A DNA stretch of 32,000 nt from Candidatus Altimarinota bacterium. GTDB lineage: Bacteria; Patescibacteriota; Gracilibacteria; UBA1369. Location of the stretch: positions 30,001 through 62,000 of the forward strand of contig JBAZYK010000002.1 in assembly GCA_041659405.1 (NCBI GenBank). The letters are read 5' to 3'. The notes under the pieces were generated by a model. That model saw only the letters and a program-made list of their open reading frames with translations. It was not told where the DNA came from and did not search any database. Within the stretch, counting starts at the first letter, position 1. Each line of letters opens with the position of its first letter. Below are positions 25,860 to 32,000 of the stretch, piece after piece. A program made the translations under genes and the position numbers.

Positions 25860-25936
25860 AATATACTGGATTGGCTTAGGATAGCGCAAGAAAATATTAA
25901 TCCGGATTATCGGCAATAATATCGCACATTCCACAC

Positions 25937-26566
25937 TTACTTATTTCTTTTACTGATCTCTTTGAAGATCTGTTCGATTTTTAAGTTGTTATTCACTAAT
26001 AAAACAAATAAGTGGTAAAGAAGATCAACACTTTCCTCTATCAATCGTTTAGGAGTTTCTTTCTTAGCTGCGCGAACAACCTCCGCCGCCTCTTCATAAA
26101 TCTTTTCGCAAATTTTATCCAAACCTTTCTGGAAAAGAAAAACCGTGTACGAACCTTCTGGAAGTTTTCGTTTGCGATTTTTGATAAGTTCAAAAAGCTC
26201 CTGAATAGCTGCACCATCCTTATCATTTAATTTATCACCTCTAAAACAAGTCGCTTCACCCGTATGGCAACTTGACCCTACCGGATTAGCCTTTAGTAGC
26301 AAAGTATCGTTATCACAATCCAAAGATATATCAACAATTTTGAGTACATTTTTGCTTTCTTCACCTTTCATCCATAAACGTTTTTTAGTTCGGCTATAAA
26401 ACCAAGCTTTTTGGGTAGACATAGTCTTTTTTAAAGCATCATTATTCATATAACCAAGCATAATGATCTGACCAGTCATAGCATTTTGAATAATTGCAGG
26501 GACCAGACCGTTTACTTTTTCCCAATTGATAGCTTTTGTAAGTTGAGCAAAGTTCTTTTTTTTCAT
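25937..26566 (-). CDS. hisIE: Bifunctional phosphoribosyl-AMP cyclohydrolase / phosphoribosyl-ATP pyrophosphatase
   Basis: 209 aa. HisI part with [27 protein letters not shown]; HisE part with [18 protein letters not shown]...[13 protein letters not shown]. Confidence 0.9.
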   Translation of the reverse strand: MKKKNFAQLTKAINWEKVNGLVPAIIQNAMTGQIIMLGYMNNDALKKTMSTQKAWFYSRTKKRLWMKGEESKNVLKIVDISLDCDNDTLLLKANPVGSSCHTGEATCFRGDKLNDKDGAAIQELFELIKNRKRKLPEGSYTVFLFQKGLDKICEKIYEEAAEVVRAAKKETPKRLIEESVDLLYHLFVLLVNNNLKIEQIFKEISKRNK

Positions 26567-28038
26567 AAACGTATTGGAATATTAAGGAATTTAAGATATT
26601 TTTTAGCTTCTATTATTGAAGTTTCTTTATAATGAAAAAGGCTTGCTGCAAGAACAGCATCAGCTTTACCAATATTGAAAGCATCAGCCATGTCCTGCAA
26701 AGATCCGGCTCCACCTGAAGCTATAACTGGAATGCGAACCGACTCTGAAATTTTTTTTAATATTTCAAGATCAAAACCCGATTTGGTGCCATCGCGATCC
26801 ATAGATGTGAGTAAAATCTCACCTGCCCCCAACTTTTCAACCTGTTGAGCCCAATTAAGTGCATCTAAATCCGTTTCTTCGCTTCCTCCTCTAATGAAAA
26901 CTTTATATTTTTCGTTCACTTTTTTCACATCAATTGCCACAACAATACATTGATTACCAAAAATGCCACTCGCCTCTTGAATAAACCCAGGATTTAAAAC
27001 ACCAGCCGTATTAATCGATACTTTATCCGCACCAGCTAAAAGAAGAGCACGCACATCAGATGGGGTAGTCACTCCACCTCCAACCGTAAAAGGAATAAAG
27101 ACCTCTTCGGCAACTTTACGTACTATTTCTAACATGTTTTTTCGATTCTCTTTCGAAGCGGCAATATCCAACAAAACCAATTCATCAGCCCCTGCCTGTG
27201 AATAATATTTTGCCAACTCCACCGGATCTCCGGCATCCCGTAAATCCTCGAAATTAATCCCTTTGACTACCCGTCCATTTTTTACATCCAAACAAGGAAT
27301 TATTCGTTTTGTAAGATTAGAGCCGGTTTCAACAGTTTTTATAGCCGTTTTTAGATCAATAGAACCTTCGTAAAGGGCCTTACCTAAAATTGCCCCCTTA
27401 ATATTCATATTACGAAGTTTTTGCAAACTTTCGGTACTTGAAATACCACCTGCAGCTACAACATTAAAGCCAAAACCATTTACCAACTCGATAGTTTCAA
27501 AATTTGGAGTTGTAAGTGTTCCATCTTTTAAAATATCTGTAACAATAATTTCTCGCACACCTCTAAACTTAAGCTCTTCCAAAAACTCAGTAAGATTTTG
27601 TTCCGACGTTTCTAACCAGCCATCCGTTGCCAATGCTCCATTTCGAACATCAATCGATACTACTAATCGATCAGCTCCATAGCGTCGAAAAAGGTCAGAA
27701 AAATATTCCGGATTCTTTAAGGCAATAGTACTAATAATAATACGATCTATTCCCGCTTGAAGATAATATCGAATAGTATCTAAATTACGAATTCCACCGC
27801 CAACTTGCACAGGAAGGTTCGTCGCTTTCTTTATCTTTACTATCAGCTCTTTATTGACCGGCAAACCTGTTTTAGCACCATCAAGATCAACAATATGAAG
27901 CATATTCGCTCCTTGCGCCTTAAAGCCCATTGCTACTTCAATAGGATCCTCACTGTAGATCTTTTTTGAAGCAAAATCTCCACGTGTAAGCCTTACACAT
28001 TTACCATCAATAATATCAATTGCGGGAATAATTAACAT
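26563..28038 (-). CDS. hisAF: Fused HisA-HisF protein: ProFAR isomerase joined to the imidazole-glycerol-phosphate synthase cyclase subunit
   Basis: Single 491-codon ORF. The HisA half runs aa 1 to ~238 ([41 protein letters not shown]). The HisF half runs aa ~245-491 ([45 protein letters not shown]). The junction was read at nucleotide level with no stop or frameshift. Confidence 0.9.
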   Translation of the reverse strand: MLIIPAIDIIDGKCVRLTRGDFASKKIYSEDPIEVAMGFKAQGANMLHIVDLDGAKTGLPVNKELIVKIKKATNLPVQVGGGIRNLDTIRYYLQAGIDRIIISTIALKNPEYFSDLFRRYGADRLVVSIDVRNGALATDGWLETSEQNLTEFLEELKFRGVREIIVTDILKDGTLTTPNFETIELVNGFGFNVVAAGGISSTESLQKLRNMNIKGAILGKALYEGSIDLKTAIKTVETGSNLTKRIIPCLDVKNGRVVKGINFEDLRDAGDPVELAKYYSQAGADELVLLDIAASKENRKNMLEIVRKVAEEVFIPFTVGGGVTTPSDVRALLLAGADKVSINTAGVLNPGFIQEASGIFGNQCIVVAIDVKKVNEKYKVFIRGGSEETDLDALNWAQQVEKLGAGEILLTSMDRDGTKSGFDLEILKKISESVRIPVIASGGAGSLQDMADAFNIGKADAVLAASLFHYKETSIIEAKKYLKFLNIPIRL

Positions 28039-28619
28039 TTTTTACAAAAGTTACGAAGTAATTGAAATCCTGCCTCCCCTGATTTTTCAGGATGAAATTG
28101 AACACCATAAAAATTTTCTTTTTGGACAATCGACGGAAAATCTATTTCATACAAAGTCTGTCCAAAAATATTTTCTTGAGGAGCATCAAAATAATAGGAA
28201 TGAACAAAGTAAAAATAAGAGTTGTTATTCAAACCTTCTACTAAAGGTGATCTTTGATTGATAGCTACTTTATTCCAACCGACATGAGGCACTTTAAGGC
28301 TTATCTTCATCTTTTTAACTCGTCCTGGGATTATTCCAAGACATTGAGTATTATCTTCTTCAGAAAAGTTTGCCAAAAGCTGCATCCCCAAACAAATTCC
28401 AAGAAATGGCATGGTTAATTTTGGAATTGCTTCAATAAAGCCGCTTTCGAGCAAAACCTGCATAGCACTGCCAGCGGCACCTTGCCCGGGAAAGATCACT
28501 TTTTGAGCTTTAGATAGTTCCGCTGGTTTTCTAACGACTTCAAATGGTTCTCCTAATTTTTTAAGTGCATTCGCTACACTTTGTAAGTTACCTGCACCGT
28601 AATCGATAATAGCAATCAT
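28032..28619 (-). CDS. hisH: Imidazole glycerol phosphate synthase, glutamine amidotransferase subunit
   Basis: 195 aa. Motifs [15 protein letters not shown], nucleophile elbow GICLGMQLL, and FHPEKSG. Confidence 0.92.
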   Translation of the reverse strand: MIAIIDYGAGNLQSVANALKKLGEPFEVVRKPAELSKAQKVIFPGQGAAGSAMQVLLESGFIEAIPKLTMPFLGICLGMQLLANFSEEDNTQCLGIIPGRVKKMKISLKVPHVGWNKVAINQRSPLVEGLNNNSYFYFVHSYYFDAPQENIFGQTLYEIDFPSIVQKENFYGVQFHPEKSGEAGFQLLRNFCKKC

Positions 28620-29656
28620 AAAATTCCTTTAGTAGATGGTAAATTATTTCCAAGTCTTGGATCGTAATCACAAGCCATACGCATGGCTTTGGCAAAAGCT
28701 TTAAACATACCTTCAATTTTGTGATGTTCATTGCGACTATAGCGAACCCGAATATGGATATTGGCTTTTAGCGTATCTGACAATGACCTGAAAAAATGTT
28801 CGACCATTTCTGTCGGCAAATCACCGACCTTTTCACGCTTAAAGTCTCCATTAAAGACAAAATAAGGCCTTCCTCCCAGATCCAAAGCAACTTCAACCAG
28901 GGTATCGTCCATTGGTAATAAAAAGCCATAACGACGAATTCCTTTGCGCTCACCTAAAGCTTTTGATAAAGCGGTTCCAAGAGTCAAAGCCGTATCTTCA
29001 ACTGTATGATGTTCATCAATTTTCAAATCACCTTTTACTTTTAAAATCACATCTATCAGCGAGTGCTTTGAAAACTGTTCTAAAACGTGATTGAGAAAAT
29101 TAAGACCGGTATCAATTTGAAATTTGCCACTTCCATCAAGGTTTATAGCGGTGAACACATCGGTCTCATTAGTAACGCGCTCCATTATTCCAATACGAGG
29201 AAAAGCTGAATTGGTTTCCATTTTAAAGCCGGATATTCCCATATTCTGAGCACATTCCATATCCGTAAGCCTATCTCCAATAAAAAATGATTTTTCACTG
29301 TCAATTGAATTATTTTTCAAGAAATCATCAACCATACCGGTTTTGGGTTTACGGCAAGCGCAATTATCTGATTGCAGGTGCGGACAAATAAATACCTTCA
29401 AGAACTCAATACCTTCATCTTTCAAAATTGATAAAAACTTTTCCTGAGGAATCTTGAAATTTTCCAAAGGGAACTGCGGCGTTCCAATTCCATTTTGATT
29501 TGAAACCAGTACAAGTTCATAACCATCCTGTTTTAGCTTTTTAAGGCCATCAATAACACCAGGCAAAATCCGCAGACGATCAAGTGAGTCGACCTGTTTT
29601 GTGTCCGGTGGTTCATAAATAAGCGTCCCGTCGCGATCAAGAAAAGCAATTTTCAT
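28616..29656 (-). CDS. hisB: Bifunctional histidinol-phosphatase (HAD-type) / imidazoleglycerol-phosphate dehydratase
   Basis: 346 aa. N-terminal HAD motifs FLDRDGTLI and VSNQNG...GDR. The C-terminal IGPD carries IDEHHTVEDTALTLG and NEHHKIEGMFKAFA. Confidence 0.92.
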   Translation of the reverse strand: MKIAFLDRDGTLIYEPPDTKQVDSLDRLRILPGVIDGLKKLKQDGYELVLVSNQNGIGTPQFPLENFKIPQEKFLSILKDEGIEFLKVFICPHLQSDNCACRKPKTGMVDDFLKNNSIDSEKSFFIGDRLTDMECAQNMGISGFKMETNSAFPRIGIMERVTNETDVFTAINLDGSGKFQIDTGLNFLNHVLEQFSKHSLIDVILKVKGDLKIDEHHTVEDTALTLGTALSKALGERKGIRRYGFLLPMDDTLVEVALDLGGRPYFVFNGDFKREKVGDLPTEMVEHFFRSLSDTLKANIHIRVRYSRNEHHKIEGMFKAFAKAMRMACDYDPRLGNNLPSTKGIL

Positions 29657-30717
29657 AAAAGTTTAGTAAGTGATTGGATAAAAATATTATTTTCTTTTCT
29701 TGTTCCAACTGTTACGCGAAAAGAATCAGAAAGCAGCGGTTTTGAAGAGAAGTCACGAACAATAACGCCAAATTTCTCGGCCAAAGTCTTAACAATTTCG
29801 GAAGCATTTGGAACTTTTACCAGTAAAAAATTGGCTTCACTTGGTAAGACTTTCAAACCAAGTTTTTCCAAATTTTGCTGCAAGAAATCACGTTCCTTTA
29901 CAATTCTATTCCGCATCCTCCAGAGCTTTTTCTCTTGTTTTAGAGCTTTAGTGGCCATCAAAGCTGAAATCCGGTTTAAATTATATGGAGGCTTCACCTT
30001 GTTCAGGTAATCTATAATTTCTTCATTCGCCACCGCATAACCGACCCTCAATCCTGCAAGTCCCCAAGCTTTAGAAAAAGTTCTTGTCACAACCAGGTTA
30101 GGAAACTGTTTTATTTTTTCAACGATTGATTCGGAACTTGAAAATTCAATATAAGCTTCATCTACCACAACAATTCCTCTAAAAATAAGACAAAGATCTT
30201 CAATATCCTCAAGACTTAAAAGATTGCCCGTGGGACTATTTGGAGAACAACAAAAGACCATTTTCGTACGCGCGGTCGCGGTTATATAAAAAGCTTCAAG
30301 GTCGAGCTCGAAATCTTCAGTCAAAAAACATGTTTTTGCAAAAATTCCGTTAATTTCTGCAGCAACTCTATACATACCATAGGTTGGCTCAAAAATAATG
30401 ATTTCTTCATCCTGATCAACAAAAATTCGCATTAATAGATCAATCACTTCATCAGAGCCAACTCCTACAAAAATATTTTTTGCAGTAAGCTTCAAAAACT
30501 TGGCAAGAGCCCGTTTAAGAACTTTAGAATATGGGTCGGGATAACGATTTAAGTTATTATCTTCCGGTAAAGTAACCACACTACCAAAAGGATTTTCGTT
30601 CGCATCAAGTAAAACACCTTTTTGATACAGATCGCGGGCACAAGTATATGGCTTAAGCGCACGTATATTTGGCCGGACGAGATCTGAAATTGCTAATTTA
30701 TTCATAATATTTTTCAT
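29653..30717 (-). CDS. hisC: Histidinol-phosphate aminotransferase
   Basis: Class II aminotransferase pattern: NENPFG, CSPNSPTG, DEAYIEF, and TFSKAWGLAGLRVGY with the PLP lysine. The ATG at 30717 (MKNIMNKL) is preferred; the track start at 30762 would overlap hisD by 41 nt. Confidence 0.9.
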   Translation of the reverse strand: MKNIMNKLAISDLVRPNIRALKPYTCARDLYQKGVLLDANENPFGSVVTLPEDNNLNRYPDPYSKVLKRALAKFLKLTAKNIFVGVGSDEVIDLLMRIFVDQDEEIIIFEPTYGMYRVAAEINGIFAKTCFLTEDFELDLEAFYITATARTKMVFCCSPNSPTGNLLSLEDIEDLCLIFRGIVVVDEAYIEFSSSESIVEKIKQFPNLVVTRTFSKAWGLAGLRVGYAVANEEIIDYLNKVKPPYNLNRISALMATKALKQEKKLWRMRNRIVKERDFLQQNLEKLGLKVLPSEANFLLVKVPNASEIVKTLAEKFGVIVRDFSSKPLLSDSFRVTVGTRKENNIFIQSLTKLL

Positions 30718-30721
30718 ATAA

Positions 30722-31975
30722 TTAAGTTTTAAAACGGATTGAAACCGCATTTTTGTGTGCATCCAAACCTTCGCATTCAGCCAACGTTTCCACAGTTTCT
30801 TTTAAATTTCTGATTCCCTGCCTTGAAACTTTTTGAAACTGCAACATTTTGCCAAAAGATTCAGTCGAAAGAGGTGAAAACATTTTTGCAAAGGAGGAGG
30901 TTGGAAGCGTGTGATTAGCCCCTGTGGCATAATCTCCAAGTGGTTCCGACGCATATTTACCCAAAAATACAGATCCAGCATTGTTAATTTTTTCCGCTAA
31001 TTGATTCTCGAATTTACAGTCAATTTCCAAATGTTCAGGGGCATATTCATTCGTTAGTTCGATTGCTTCATCAGGATCTTTCACAACAATCACAAAACTT
31101 TTGGCAAAAGACTCATCAATAATCGCCTTACGACTCAGTGAAAGCACTTGAACTTTCATTGCCTCTACGATATTTGCGGCAGTGTTTTCGTCAAATGTCA
31201 CAAGTATGCTTTGCGAATCTGTTCCATGCTCAAGTTGTGAAAGCAAATCAGCGGCAACCCAGGCTGGGTTTGCTTTGTTATCAGCAATAACTTCAACTTC
31301 CGACGGTCCCGCCGGCATATCAATATCAACTTCGCCATATACTAACATTTTTGCAGTGGTCACATATTGGTTCCCAGGACCAAAAATTTTATAAACTTTC
31401 GGTATAGATTCTGTTCCATAAGCCATAGCACCAATAGCCTGGGCCCCACCCACTTTGAAAATTTCAGTAATACCGCACAAATCAGCTGCCACTAAAATTG
31501 CCGGGTTTAATTGCCCATTTTTGGATGCCGGAGCACACATCACGATTTCCTTACATCCAGCCACTTGAGCCGGCACACCAAGCATTAAAACTGTTGAAGG
31601 ATAGGCCGCTTTACCTCCAGGCACATATAAACCGACTTTCTCGATTGGCCTAAATTCGCGCCACACTTTAACCCCTTTTTCAGTTTCAATAATTGGCGAC
31701 CGTTTTTGAAGAGTACTCTTGTGAAATTTCTCAATATTACTCTTGGCTCTTTTAAGAGCTCGCAAGACTTCAAGATCAATCATCTTATAGGCTCTTTTTA
31801 TTTCTTCATTTGTCACTTTAAAATCTTCCAAATCAAATCCATCAAACTTTTTATTAAAGGCACGTAAAGCGCTATCCCCACTTATTTTAATTTCATTCAA
31901 AATCCCAAGCACAACGGCTTTTACATCTTCAGCCTTACTGCGCCCTTTACGAATTTGCTGTAAAATATCCCTCAT
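30722..31975 (-). CDS. hisD: Histidinol dehydrogenase
   Basis: 417 aa. Motifs VGLYVPGGKAAYPSTVLM, SQLEHGTDSQ, APEHLE and GDYATGANHTLPT. The reading frame stays open upstream to the window edge, so a more upstream start cannot be excluded. Confidence 0.92.
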   Translation of the reverse strand: MRDILQQIRKGRSKAEDVKAVVLGILNEIKISGDSALRAFNKKFDGFDLEDFKVTNEEIKRAYKMIDLEVLRALKRAKSNIEKFHKSTLQKRSPIIETEKGVKVWREFRPIEKVGLYVPGGKAAYPSTVLMLGVPAQVAGCKEIVMCAPASKNGQLNPAILVAADLCGITEIFKVGGAQAIGAMAYGTESIPKVYKIFGPGNQYVTTAKMLVYGEVDIDMPAGPSEVEVIADNKANPAWVAADLLSQLEHGTDSQSILVTFDENTAANIVEAMKVQVLSLSRKAIIDESFAKSFVIVVKDPDEAIELTNEYAPEHLEIDCKFENQLAEKINNAGSVFLGKYASEPLGDYATGANHTLPTSSFAKMFSPLSTESFGKMLQFQKVSRQGIRNLKETVETLAECEGLDAHKNAVSIRFKT

Positions 31976-32000
31976 TGATGATGTGCGAGTATTAAGTATT

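Noticed and set aside
25898-25909. Perfect 12-nt palindrome TAATCCGGATTA in the his-pur spacer
   Set aside because: Several perfect 12-nt palindromes are expected by chance in 32 kb. It is a single occurrence with no partner site.
25767-25936. Purine or ZTP riboswitch, or a leader peptide, upstream of purC
   Set aside because: Nothing matches my memory of the purine or ZTP (pfl) consensus cores. The only mini-ORF (ATG TGC GAT ATT ATT GCC GAT AAT CCG GAT TAA, or MCDIIADNPD) has no regulatory-codon logic. The GC hairpin is better explained as the his terminator.
1-32000. Alternative genetic code (UGA recoded), CRISPR arrays, tandem repeats, defence or toxin-antitoxin modules
   Set aside because: All conserved genes are full-length under the standard code, and several end in TGA. 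I saw no repeat-spacer periodicity and no small paired ORFs, nucleases, methyltransferases or other defence hallmarks in any frame of the track.

Overview
AT-rich, very gene-dense bacterial chromosomal segment: 28 protein genes, mostly on the minus strand, with many 4-7 nt start/stop overlaps. The standard genetic code fits, since all conserved genes are intact without TGA read-through. Content is mainly housekeeping and biosynthesis. Left to right: two uncharacterised membrane proteins, nrnA-like DHH phosphoesterase, fmt, and an envelope cluster (Wzy_C/O-antigen-ligase-like protein, orphan lipoprotein solute-binding protein, GT2 glycosyltransferase). Then ssb, ribE-ribH, pgk, ridA, a 916-aa membrane-anchored VirD4/TraD/HerA-like P-loop ATPase, ruvX, rplI, an orphan family-5 solute-binding protein, secG and a DUF360/holin-4_2-like membrane protein. 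Then ileS, ilvC, ilvE, dcd, purB-purE(class II)-purC, and a his operon hisD-hisC-hisB(bifunctional)-hisH-hisA::hisF(fused)-hisIE. I found no tRNA/rRNA, CRISPR array, transposase/integrase, toxin-antitoxin pair or recognisable defence system, so this reads as a core region rather than an accessory island. The items worth a second look are: (1) the orphan ATPase, whose ~440-aa N-terminal region I cannot assign; (2) a covalent HisA-HisF fusion; (3) an exact AT-rich palindromic 12-mer repeated directly against the start codons of purC, purE and purB; (4) a PAICS-like purC / class II purE arrangement; (5) near-total absence of Shine-Dalgarno sequences; (6) an SSB without the canonical C-terminal tip. 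All family calls rest on motif recognition by eye. No database search or computation was run.
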